Shown piece by piece: positions 48,955-61,207 of a stretch of 64,000 nucleotides of DNA. This DNA comes from Eledone cirrhosa (taxonomy: Eukaryota), in NCBI GenBank assembly GCA_964016885.1, contig OZ024741.1, positions 219,108,001 through 219,172,000 of the forward strand, given 5' to 3'. The notes beneath the pieces were generated by a model that was not told where the DNA came from, made no database searches, and saw nothing but the letters and a program-made list of their open reading frames with translations. Each line of letters begins with the position of its first letter. Within the stretch, counting starts at the first letter, position 1. Both the position numbers and the translations under genes were made by a program.

Positions 48955-51369
48955 CCCTGACCCCACCCTGTCCCGCACATGGCTGCCCCGCTGGCGAATA
49001 GGGTGCTCTTGAGTAACCCCGGCCGCATTGATGCCTCGGCTCCCCGATTGCCGATGGGGACCCTGGTGAGGAACAGTCGACCTTGTGTCCCACTTGCCAA
49101 CTTGGGATTCGTGGCAGCATTGTTGCTGGGCACCCTGGGGGCAGCTGATGCCTGCGGTGTGGGACATTGTGAGTGCCTGGACCCACGTTGACTAATTGGG
49201 GGAGGTGCCGTCGGAGATGTATGTCAACAAATTCGGGAACTTGCCCAAGGAAACAGTAACAGAACACCCAATATGGCGGCCGCTCCCTGCCTATAACCAA
49301 TCAACCCCCCCTCCCCGCCTAATAAACCTCCGCCCAAATAGATGCCCCTCCCCATTCTCCCCCATTCACTTCTTTTAAGTTAGTTCTTCTTTATTATTAG
49401 TGGTTCTTTTTGAGTTAGTTCTTTATTAATAGGGATTTTTTTTGTATATTACCACGGTTGACTTAATGGGCTTGGAGAGTTGACTCCCTTGATGTCTGAC
49501 CACTCGATAAGTTAGGGGTTGTGCCTCCTGAGCAGGGGTGTGTCTAGCTAGTCTACCTGCTGTCTGCTACTACCTGAGACTGGACACGGTCGTAGCCACA
49601 GGCCAGCGCATGCGCGATAGCACGGGATATATATTTCCTGCTAGTCACCCCGTGTAATATGATACCCCGAGATTCCATGCATGAGATTCACCAAAGCATG
49701 CGCAGTCTTAACCGGGAGATGACATGCGAACTTGAAAATACCACAAGAGAGACCCTTTGGATAGCGTAGACGCCGGACCATACCCGCAAATATATACCCT
49801 GATCTGTCTTGAATATGCATGGCTGACGGAATATGGATAACACGACCACCATGTAAGCTGGAACCGACCCCTACAACAAACAAAGAAGGGACAGCCCTTT
49901 GCATTTGACCAGTCGCATGTGTGCTTGGAGTTCGTGAGAGGAGGTGATATTAGCGAGAGACGCAATATACTACCCCAGTCAAATCCACACTGGTTTTTTT
50001 ACCAATATAGCATGTAAACCAATACATCCTATGCAGCGAGACCTTGGATTTAGAACCGACAGGCTGATCTATCGCAAACGCGTGCAACCCCCGAAACTAA
50101 AAGATCGAACGGACCACACCCAGCAACCACTAGCTATTTGATCCACAGGTACATTTCCCAGAGAGTCCACACAGCTGATAGTGAATCCCAGTTGATTCGT
50201 GAACTCTGAACTTTTAAACAAGACCAACTGTGCCTGGAGCTATGCAGATGACTACATACGCACAATGGATATCGCACCCACAAAGTCACCTGTATTGTTC
50301 ATCTTGCTGTATGTGTGTAAAGTATCAGTGCGTGGGATATCCCTGAGTACATTTTCTTGACTATTAATTGTTTCTTGATTGTTTGTTAATTAGGCAGGAA
50401 TATACCATTATGTCTTTGTTAATCCTATGTGTTGCTGTATGTGTGTAAAGTATCCGAGCGCGGGATATCCCTGAGCTAATTTTGCTTGACTGTTAATTGT
50501 TTATTGATTATTTGTTAATTAGGCAGGAATATATTATTATGTCTTTGTTAATCCTGTATTAAGAATTTTATAATAATTTTTTGATAGTACATTATTAGAT
50601 TACTGAAGCTACCTTATACCTTCTTAAAAATACATCTTATAATTATTGTCTTTTTGCTTATGTATTTTCTTACTTATCATTTTCTTTAATCTTGCCCAAC
50701 TTGATAAGCTCTTTGAATTGCTCCCTAATTAAATTACTTAAATTACTTAAATTATTTTATCTATTATACCTAAGTTGTATCTGTTGAAGCAGCCCTTTAA
50801 AAATCCTCGGATATCCCAAATCCCGTAATTTTTAACTTTTAATTTATAATTTTCCTCAATTCGTTTATATATATACTTAAAGGCTCTCTAAAATTTTAAT
50901 TCTTCGAAGGGTCTCTCGGGCGAGGTTATATTAAAAAATTTTTTTCTCTCGAAGGAATTTTTTAGGAAACTTTATATTTTTATTTTTTTATTTTTTTATT
51001 TTTTTATTTTTTTATTTATTTAGTCTCTTAATCTCTTCTGGTTTATTAGGTTTATTGGGGCTTATAAGCTTTATGCACTTATTGAGGGATTTTTTAAAGT
51101 GCTTCTACGAGATCCCAAGTCTTTTACTTTTAATGCGTAAATTATAAATTATCTAATTTTTAACCTTCAATCCCTGACTCCTAGGCCCTTTTCAAATTCT
51201 CTTAACTCCCCATAACCCATCTATTTTACAACTCCGACAACTAATATAAATGAGCCCCCTTAGAATATAAACCCCAAATATACAAGCGGAGCTGCTGATG
51301 TATACTACAATTTCAAACTGCTAATCTTGAGTGAAACGTTGATGTAAATAATGAACTTGCAATCACCTG

Positions 51370-51425
51370 TTATATGCCTGGAAAAGTCCCACCATGGGGT
51401 CGGACGAAACGGCTGTCGGCAATAA
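51370..51425 (+). ncRNA. Hammerhead in pseudo-LTR 3, core mutated (TGGAAAA)
   Basis: Identical to 46095-46150. Confidence 0.7.
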
Positions 51426-51631
51426 ACTTATTATAATGTCATAATAGTTCCTTTGTTCTTTTTCATTAATATTTCTGCTCTGCTTGTACGCATAGAGCTT
51501 AACTAGCTACTGTCGCATATTTGGTAGGTCAGGCGTGATCATCGTGATTCACATACGACCTACCATACATCTTGCTTATTTATCTCCCTCCGGTAGAGCT
51601 TAACCTTTACTGAAAAACACACCGCCCTGGG

Positions 51632-54229
51632 GTGGCTTTTCAATACACCGACAGTATGCTGACAAAGGACCATATTCCGTTATCACTTAAGAATATACCC
51701 ATACCACCAAGGGCAGCTTATAGTCAGCGTTAATTCGTTTGTAAGGAGAATAAGATGGCGCACATTCCACTTCGATAGGCACCGTACCGCCCCACTAGAG
51801 AGTCCATCGAATAATAAGTATGGATTTAGGACATTTAGGAGCCCGCCCATAACGCTCTACTCGATAAATTTGAGAGTGACCTATTGTCTCTCGTCCGGTC
51901 TATTAGGTATAAAAGGAAAAACGGTAAGCGTAGCGGCTTCCAAGCTAAGTTAGAATCACTAGTTAAATCTTTTAAGGACAGAAATTGTATACTCGTACCC
52001 TCGGACAAGACTAAGAATACGTACAACCTGAGTTATGAGGAATACCGCGGATTCATATACAATGAGCTACATAAAAACTATAAAAAAACCACTGTAGCCA
52101 ACCTAAATGAGATTAACAGGGAGGCTAATGTGATAGTAACGAAGCTAGGATTAGAGAAATGCACACAACCTTACACCCCTCGACAACCAAGGTTCACATT
52201 GAAAGATCATAAGGAGGACTTTGCAAGTAGCCCCTCTGTCAGGCTCATTAGCCCCTCTAAATCTGACATAGGGATTATAAATAAAAAAATACTAGATGAA
52301 GTCATACCGAAAGTTAAGGACAGGATTAGCCTGGACCTATGGGGAAACACTGCAGAAGTGATAAAGTGGTTCTTAAGCATTAGCAACCACAAATCACTAT
52401 GCTTCATCCAGTTTGATATAGACTCCTACTATACGTCTATATCCCCCATACTACTGAATAAGGCGCTCATGATGGCAATGCGGACAGGCGGACTCACTAG
52501 ATCCCAGATTGACATAGTCCTTGCCGCTCATAAAACAATTATCACATTTGAGGATGAATTGTGGACGCGCAAGAACACTCGTAATAACTTCGACATCACT
52601 ATGGGGTCTAGTGACTCAGCACAGGTGACAGACCTCGTCGGATTGTACTTGCTCAAGGAGCTCAACGAGCAGTTCCCACACCTCAGAGGTGGGCTATACC
52701 GTGACAACGCATTGCTTACTGTGGAGTTTAAACGACACAACCTAGAAAGAACTAGAAAGGACCTATATAAATTCTTCAAGAACTTTAACCTATCAATAAC
52801 TATGGATAGAAATAGTAAGGTAGTCAACTTTCTAGATGCCACACTAGACCTAGATAAGTTAGAATATACACCGTACCATAAACCTAACGAGAGGCTGACA
52901 TACGTCAATGCCAACTCCAACCACCCAGGCTCAGTCCTCAAAGCAATAGTTAAGGGAATATCTAGTAGGATTAGCGGACTATCTAGCAGCGTGGCCGCAT
53001 TTGAGGCGAACACGGAGTATTACAATAAGGCGTTAGCTGGGTCAGGGCACAAAGATAAACTCCATTATGTTGAGACAGGCGGCACCACCCCACCACCCCA
53101 ACCCAGCACTGTAATCACATATAATATGTCCATGGGAGATGGAGGGAGAGCTAGAAAGACAAATAGGGACATTAGGAATTTAGCTAAGAACAACAACACT
53201 CGCAATGCAGACACGGATAGGGCCCACGTGCCTAGAAAGCGCTACGCCGCCCCAAGCAAGTCCAACAGTGAAAACGGGGGCCAGAGGCCTAGGAGATTCG
53301 AGACCAACACACATACCACTGGGAGCCCAGCAACCACACCTGGTAGAACCCGTAACAATATAGATGAAGGGAGGGTAAGCAGCATAGAGGATAAGAAACA
53401 CAGTGTAAGGAATAGAAGATGTGATAGTACCTTCTTTAACCCGCCCTTCAACTCTAATATTACTACAGACCATCCCAAATCTTTTTTCTCTTTAATAGAT
53501 AGGAACTTCCCCCCAGGTAGGTACGGTAGTGTCATCAATAAGAATACTATCAAACTATCGTACTCAACAACCCCTAATCTGGCCTCGCACCTAGCTAAGA
53601 CCAATAAGAGTAAGATTAAAGAGGGACTTAAGGCCATCCGAAATAGTGAACCATGCCAGTACGCACGACAACACGGGACCAACCCACTGAGTGAAAGACC
53701 CAGGGGGATAACAGGCAATAGAACCGGTCCCACTAGGCAGCCCCGCGGCCGCTTGGAGGGACATGCACCCCTGATTGAGGAGCATGACCCTATTAGAAAG
53801 TGTAATTGCAGACGGAAGGACAAATGCCCACTAGCTGGACACTGCCTTATTAGGAACGTAGTATATGCCTGTAACGTAACCACAGACACGTATACTAAGG
53901 CGTATGTGGGGTCGACCGCTAACCAGTTCAAGACGAGATTCAACGCCCACCAGCATAGCTTCTGATATGAGAAGCTTAAAAATACCATGTCGTTAGCGGG
54001 GCACATACATAACTTAAAACAAACAAAAACCCCCTACACACTAAGCTGGAGGTGCCTTACTAAAGCTCCTCCATATAGCTCGTTGAGCAGGTTTTGTATC
54101 CTGTGCCTAACTGAATCTCATGCCATAGTATTCTCAGGACTCAACTTGCTCAACAGGAGGTCAGAAATCTTCTCGTCCTGCCCCCATACTATACTTAGCT
54201 CTTTCTATTTCTTCAGACCAGACACATAG
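51632..54229 (+). pseudogene. PLE RT-GIY-YIG ORF, copy 3
   Basis: Same lesions as copy 2; shared TGA at 53963-53965. Confidence 0.9.
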
Positions 54230-56821
54230 CCCTGACCCCACCCTGTCCCGCACATGGCTGCCCCGCTGGCGAATAGGGTGCTCTTGAGTAACCCCGGCCG
54301 CATTGATGCCTCGGCTCCCCGATTGCCGATGGGGACCCTGGTGAGGAACAGTCGACCTTGTGTCCCACTTGCCAACTTGGGATTCGTGGCAGCATTGTTG
54401 CTGGGCACCCTGGGGGCAGCTGATGCCTGCGGTGTGGGACATTGTGAGTGCCTGGACCCACGTTGACTAATTAGGGGAGGTGCCGTCGGAGATGTATGTC
54501 AACAAATTCGGGAACTTGCCCAAGGAAACAGTAACAGAACACCCAATATGGCGGCCGCTCCCTGCCTATAACCAATCAACCCCCCACTCCCCTAATAAAC
54601 CTCCGCCCAAATAGATGCCCCTCCCCATTCTCCCCCATTCACTTCTTTTGAGTTAGTTCTTTATTATTAGTGGTTCTTTTTGAGTTAGTTCTTTATTATT
54701 AGTGGTTCTTTTTGAGTTAGTTCTTTATTAATAGTGATTTTTTTGTATATTACCACGGTTGACTTAATGGGCTTGGAGAGTTAACTCCCTTGATGTCTGA
54801 CCACTCGATAAGTTAAGTGTTGTGCGCCCTGAGCAGGGGTGTGTCTAGCTAGTCTACCTGCTGTCTGCTACTACCCGAGACTGGAGACGGTCGTAGCCAC
54901 AGGCCAGCGCGTGCGCGATAGCATGGAGTATATATTTTCTGCTAGTCACCCCGTGTAATATGATACCCCAAGATTCCATGCATGAGATTCACCGAAGCAT
55001 GCGCAGTCTTAACCGGGAGATGACACGCGAACTTGAAAATACCACTAGAGAGACCCTTTGGATAGCGTAGACGCCGGACCATACCCGCAAATATATACCC
55101 TGATCTGTCTTGAATATGCATGGCTGACGGAATATGGATAACACGACCACCATGTAAGCTGGAACCGACCCCTACAACAAACAAAGAAGGGACAGCCCTT
55201 CGCATTTGACCAGTCGCATGTGTGCTTGGAGTTCGTGAGAGGAGGTGATATTAGCGAGAGACGCAATATACTACCCCAGTCAAATCCACACTGGTTTTTT
55301 TACCAATATAGCATGTAAACCAATACATCCTATGCAGCGAGACCTTGGATTTAGAACCGACAGGCTGATCTATCGCAAACGCGTGCAACCCCCGAAACTA
55401 AAAGATCGAACGGACCACACCCAGCAACCACTAGCTATTTGATCCACAGGTACATTTCCCAGAGAGTCCACACAGCTGATAGTGAATCCCAGTTGATTTG
55501 TGAACTCTGAACTTTTAAACAAGACCAACTGTGCCTGGAGCTATGCAGATGACTACATACGCACAATGGATATCGCACCCACAAGGTCACCTGTATTGTT
55601 CATCTTGCTGTATGTGTGTAAAGTATCAGTGCGTGGGATATCCCTGAGTACATTTTCTTGACTATCAATTGTTTCTTGATTGTTTGTTAATTAGGCAAGA
55701 ATATACCATTATGTCTTTGTTAATCCTATGTGTTGCTGTATGTGTGTAAAGTATCCGAGCAAGGGATATCCCTGAGCTAATTTTGCTTGACTGTTAATTG
55801 TTTATTGATTATTTGTTAATTAGGCAGAAATATATTATTATGTCTTTGTTAATCCTGTATTAAGAATTTTATAATAATTTTTTGATAGTACATTATTAGA
55901 TTACTGAAGCTACCTTATACCTTCTTAAAAATACATTTTATAATTATTGTCTTTTTGCTTATGTATTTTCTTACTTATCATTTTCTTTAATCTTGCCCAA
56001 CTTGATAAGCTCTTTGAATTGCTCCCTAATTAAATTACTTAAATTACTTAAATTATTTTATCTATTATACCTAAGTTGTATCTGTTGAAGCAGCCCTTTG
56101 AAAATTCCCCGGATATCCCAAATCCCGTAATTTTTAACTTTTAATTTATAATTTTCCTCAATTCGTTTATATATATACTTAAAGGCTCTCTAAAATTTTA
56201 ATTCTTCGAAGGGTCTCTCGGGAGAGGTTCTTATTAAAAATATTAAAGGGGCCTTTTCTGAGGGATTTTTTGAAGGCTTTTTGAATTAACCTTTAATTGA
56301 TTAGTTTCTTTCAACTTAGTAGGAATTATCAAAACTTCGTAAATTTTCGGAAAAGGGTTTTTTAACGTGATCTCTGGGGAAGAAAATTTTTTTCTTTTGA
56401 AAAAATTTTTTTTCTCTCGAAGGAATTTTTTAGGAAACTTTATATTTTTATTTTTTTATTTTTTTATTTTTTTAGTCTTTTAATCTCTTCAGGTTTATTA
56501 GGTTTATTGGGGCTTATAAGCTTTATGCACTTATTGAGGGATTTTTTAAAGTGCTTCTACGAGATCCCAAGTCTTTTACTTTTAATGCGTAAATTATAAA
56601 TTATTTAATTTTTAACCTTCAATCCCTGACTCCTAGGCCCTTTTCAAATTCTCTTAACTCCCCATAACCCATCCCTTTTACAACTCCGACAACTAATATA
56701 AAAGAGCCCCCTTAGAATATAAACCCCAAATATACAAGCGGAGCTGCTGATGTATACCACAATTTCAAACTGCTAATCTTGAGTGAAACGTTGATGTAAA
56801 TAATGAACTTGCAATCACATG

Positions 56822-56877
56822 TTATATGCCTTGAAAAGTCCCACCATATGGTCGGACGAAACGGCTGTTGGCAATAA
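56822..56877 (+). ncRNA. Hammerhead in terminal pseudo-LTR 4, U3-A8 core, GUU cleavage triplet
   Basis: TGCC-TTGAAAA-GTCC..GGAC-GAAAC-GGCT-GTT-GGCA. Confidence 0.75.
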
Positions 56878-56971
56878 ACTTGTTATAATGTCATAATAGT
56901 TCCTTTGTTCTTTTTCATTAATATATATATAGTATATATATATACATACATACACACATATATATATATAT

Positions 56972-57762
56972 ATAAAATGCACACAATGTAGGTCCTGGGT
57001 ACACAAGAGATGTAGCGGGATAGCAGGCAAACTAACAGGTAGGGAGAAATATGTATGCAGTAGATGTACAGGGAAATTAGACAGTAGAAGTCGCATTGAT
57101 AGACACATTTTTCAAATGCAGGAGGGCGCTATAGAAGTGGTGGATAGCTTCCGGTACCTATGAGATCAGATTAGCATGGGAGAAGGGTGTTCCGAGGCCA
57201 TAGTAGCTAGAATAAGGACGGGTTGGAAGAAGTTTAGGGAGCTGCTTCCTCTGTTGACGAAGAAGGGTTTCTCCCTGCGTACGAAAGGCCGGTTGTATGA
57301 TGCCTGTGTGAGGAGCGCGATGCTGAATGGTAGTGAGACATGGGCAGCAACTGCAGAGGATATGCGACGGCTGGAGAGAAATGAGGCAAGCATGCTCCGT
57401 TGGATGTACAGTGTAAATGTGCGTGAACGACCCAGCATAAATGTGTTGAGAGAGAAACTGTGTCTGAGAGGGATAGAATGTAGTGTACGGGAGAGGAGAC
57501 TGAGGTGGTATGGACATGTGATGCGCATGGAGGATGACCGATGGGTGAAGAAGTGCCAGGAAATGCCAGTTGAAGGAAGACGTGGTAGAGGTAGACCACG
57601 AAAAATATGGGCGGAGGTGGTGAGAACAGACCTCAGATCATTGAAGCTCACGGTGGAGATGACGAAGGACCGTGACGAGTGGAGAGATGCTGTGCTGAAT
57701 AAGACCCGCCCCACCCTTGCAAGCAGGGAAAAGCGGACGTAAAATGATGATGATGATGATGA

Positions 57763-57765
<3 letters not shown>
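56972..57765 (+). mobile_element. RTE family A 3' fragment
   Basis: Near-identical to the reverse complement of 34057-34845. Confidence 0.93.
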
Positions 57766-57848
<83 letters not shown>

Positions 57849-57857
57849 ATAGAGAGA

Positions 57858-57907
<50 letters not shown>

Positions 57908-57941
57908 AGAGAGAGAGAGACGGAGCGAGAGAGAGAGACGG

Positions 57942-57976
<35 letters not shown>

Positions 57977-58074
57977 GAACTGAACAGATCTGACTTTTCT
58001 CAAAGAAATCTTTTACATTTCTCTCCTTCCTCACTCTCCTCAATTTTCTTCTTTCTTCTTTAATATCTCATTTT

Positions 58075-58112
58075 ATTTTCTGATGAAGTATTAACGTCTG
58101 AAACCTTACAAT
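58075..58112 (+). ncRNA. Degenerate hammerhead-like motif in a short PLE-like insert (57970-58200)
   Basis: CTGATGA..GAAAC present, helices poorly paired. Confidence 0.35.
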
Positions 58113-58225
58113 TATTATATCAAGACTATTATATTGAGAATGAAGCTAATATATATCTTTATTGTACTTTATCATCTGTTGTGTTTTTTTCCATTACATA
58201 TAAACACACACACACACACATATAT

Positions 58226-60800
58226 ATCATCATCATCATCATCAGGTTTAGCGTCCGTGTTCCACGCTTGCATGGGTTTGGACGGGGGTTTTCCCACTTG
58301 AGGCAAGAGTGGTTGTCTTGCTCGCATAGGACTGTCTGGCGGGTTTTCTACAGTTGGATGCCCTTCCTAACACCAACCACATTTACAGTGTGGGGCTGGG
58401 AGGTTTTTACCGTGTTGCCTACACGGCCACATTTACAGCGTGGACTGTGTGTTTTTTTGTCGTGACACCTACACGATCTCATTTGTTTCGGCCTGGATGT
58501 TGTGGGACCAACATAACTGTACATTGAAAGGGGCGGTGTGGATGGGGTGGAGGTGGTGGGACGGGGGGTGTTTTGATAGAGATGCCTACTGACTGTAGTA
58601 GGTTTTTACTTTGTATTTAGGTAAGGCGGGTCTTCTCTATTACTGAGTACCGCCAAAGGTCTCGGTCCAGTGACATTGTCTTGGAGAGGTGTAAGCGTGT
58701 GAGGTCGGAATTTATCAGCTCGTCCCATGTTTTTCTGGGTCTGCCTACTCCGTGGCTACCGTCTATCTTTATTGCCCTGCACTTTGTTATACAGCTGTCG
58801 TCTTTCATGCGCATCACGTGACCGTACCAACGTAGCCTTCTCTCGAGTAAACAACATCTGATCCCTCTTATTTCTAATTTTTTCCTTAGTTCGTTTATGC
58901 TTTGCCGTTCACGTATATTACTATTGCACATCCAGCGGAGCATGCAAGCTTCGTTCCTCTCTAGTCTGCGTATATCCTCTGCACACAATGCCCAGGTCTC
59001 ACTGCCATGCAGCATTGCTGTTCGTATGCAGGCATCGTATAACCTGCCTTTCATTTTTAGGGAGAACCCTCTAGCGGCTAATAGTGGTATAAGCTCTCTG
59101 AACTTTTTCCATCCAGTTCTGACTCTAGCTACTGTACTTTCAGAGCACCCTCCCCCACTGCTGATTTTGTCACCCAGGTAACGGAAGCTGTCCACTATTT
59201 CTATAGAACCCTCTGCGCAGTTGAAGGAGCTAGTATTTTGTGGGCACTTGCTGCTACTTATTGCACCAGAGCACCGGCCACATGTAAAATCTATGTTCTT
59301 AGTTAGCTTACCTGTGATCCCACTACATCTTTTATGCACCCATACTTTGCATTTGGGACATAAAATGGAGTTTCTACCTACGCCTTTCCTACACACTGAG
59401 CATGGCCATTTCCCAGATGGGACTGCCGCCATATTTTCTTTCCTACAAACTAGAACTTTTGTCTTAGCCAGGTTAATTTTAAGGCCTTTTGATTCTAGGC
59501 CGTGCTTCCATGTTTGGAATTTCTTCTCTAGTTCGGTCATTGATTCAGCTATGAGCGTTAGATCATCTGCGTATAGGAGTTCCCATGGGCAGCCGGTCTT
59601 GAACTCCTCTGTTATAGCCTGAAGGGCAATAATAAATAGTAGGGGGCTAAGAACAGAGCCCTGATGGACACCAACTTTTACGCTAAACTCTTCACTATAT
59701 TCGTTGTTAATTCTAACCTTACTGACTGTTTCTTTATACATGGCTTGTATAGCTCTCACAAGCCATTCGTCAACACCTAGTTTTCTAAGAGACCACCAGA
59801 TAATGGAACGGGCGACTCTGTCGAAGGCTTTCTCCAAGTCGAAGAAAGCTAAGTATAGGGGTTTACTTTTAGCTAGGTACTTCTCCTGTAGTTGTCGTAC
59901 AATGAAAAGAGCGTCTGTGGTACTTTTGCCTGACACAAATCCGAACTGCATTTCATCTAGATCAATTCTCTCTCTGATTAGTTGCGCTATTACTCTTTCC
60001 GTGACCTTCATGACCTGGTCGATTAATTTAATGCCTCTATAGTTACTCCTATCTAGGGCATCTCCTTTTCCCTTATAGCAGTTAACGATGATGCTGCTAC
60101 GCCAGTCCTTCGGAACAACCCCATTCTGTACGACTTGGTTAACTATCCGGGTGACCATGGTGTGTCCCACCGAACCAGATGCCTTCAGCATCTCAGCAAC
60201 TATTTCCGAAGGACCAGCCGCCTTACCCGTCTTCATATCTTTGATTGCCTTGCTTATTGTACTACCCTGGACTAACACTGCTGGTCCCTCTATTGGGTCG
60301 ATGTGGGGGAGACTGTCTTTCTCCCATTTGTTCTCCTCATTTAGAAGCCTTTCGTAGTGACACTTCCAAGCTACCTTCTTATCAGCGTCGGTGATGGCAA
60401 GTATGCCATCATCGTTAAGCACACACTTCTCCCCGACAATATCACGGTTTTCCTTGACACATTGCCTGGCAATCCTGAACACCTCACGTTTTTGGTCCTC
60501 ACGTTGTAGAACATGCTTGAACTTTCTTTCCTCTGCTTCCCTTCTTGCGAAGTACACTTGTCTCCTAGCTTCCCTCCTGGCTACCTGATAGTCTTCTCTA
60601 CTTCCCCCATCCCGCCATGCTTTCCAAGCCTGCTTTTTGGCCTTAATTGACTCCTCCACCTTACTGTTCCACCACCATGTTACTCTCCTCCTACCTACAG
60701 GCCTGCTCCAGCCACAGACTTCGTCTGCCGCCGTCAGCAGGTTTGCTCTCAGGAATTCCCACTGTTCCTCTATATTATACGACTCTAATTGCTCTTCCTT
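58226..60800 (-). mobile_element. 5'-truncated RTE family B
   Basis: Long RT ORF, 3'UTR, (CAT)n tail. Confidence 0.95.
58617..60659 (-). CDS. RTE reverse transcriptase with PHD-type finger (partial, 680 aa)
   Basis: [56 protein letters not shown]. Confidence 0.88.
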   Translation of the reverse strand: MEESIKAKKQAWKAWRDGGSREDYQVARREARRQVYFARREAEERKFKHVLQREDQKREVFRIARQCVKENRDIVGEKCVLNDDGILAITDADKKVAWKCHYERLLNEENKWEKDSLPHIDPIEGPAVLVQGSTISKAIKDMKTGKAAGPSEIVAEMLKASGSVGHTMVTRIVNQVVQNGVVPKDWRSSIIVNCYKGKGDALDRSNYRGIKLIDQVMKVTERVIAQLIRERIDLDEMQFGFVSGKSTTDALFIVRQLQEKYLAKSKPLYLAFFDLEKAFDRVARSIIWWSLRKLGVDEWLVRAIQAMYKETVSKVRINNEYSEEFSVKVGVHQGSVLSPLLFIIALQAITEEFKTGCPWELLYADDLTLIAESMTELEKKFQTWKHGLESKGLKINLAKTKVLVCRKENMAAVPSGKWPCSVCRKGVGRNSILCPKCKVWVHKRCSGITGKLTKNIDFTCGRCSGAISSSKCPQNTSSFNCAEGSIEIVDSFRYLGDKISSGGGCSESTVARVRTGWKKFRELIPLLAARGFSLKMKGRLYDACIRTAMLHGSETWALCAEDIRRLERNEACMLRWMCNSNIRERQSINELRKKLEIRGIRCCLLERRLRWYGHVMRMKDDSCITKCRAIKIDGSHGVGRPRKTWDELINSDLTRLHLSKTMSLDRDLWRYSVIEKTRLT

Positions 60801-61056
60801 ATATATGTATATATATAAGAAGCAAAGAAAATTTCAATGATACAAAAAGATTTCCTGGTGGAATTTCAGGTGTACTCCTGGTTGGTATCCAGTTTCGGGG
60901 TGAAAATCCAATTAGAAAATCCAACGAATTTTGAGAGGTCCACGTATGCGTTGATATATATATATATATGTAAAAGGTAAACTGAAATAACAACACAATC
61001 GGTACTGTATATGGAAGGGATATATTAGGTTAACGGTTGATATAGCAGGAAGAGGG

Positions 61057-61092
61057 TCTTAACGTTTCGGACGCTAGTCCTTCATCAGAAGA
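61057..61092 (-). ncRNA. Canonical minimal type I hammerhead ribozyme in a PLE pseudo-LTR fragment (60965-61195)
   Basis: Minus strand TCTT-CTGATGA-A-GGAC(TAGC)GTCC-GAAA-CG-TT-AAGA; helix I TCTT/AAGA; palindromic AACGTT. Confidence 0.8.
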
Positions 61093-61207
61093 AAGAATGA
61101 GAAATAAGATAGATTGAAGGGACGGGTGGTTTGGAATTGGAAAAAATGTCTTTAGATAAAAATAACAGGTCCATTCATGTTGACATCTCTTGGAATATAT
61201 ATATATA

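Larger units (their letters stand above)
40198..56924 (+). mobile_element. Head-to-tail trimer of a Penelope-like retroelement (Naiad-like), ~5.27-kb unit, four pseudo-LTRs
   Basis: Three near-identical RT/GIY-YIG ORFs; ~720-bp terminal direct repeat (40198-40924 and 56209-56924); (TA)n on both sides; hammerhead in each pseudo-LTR. Confidence 0.95.
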
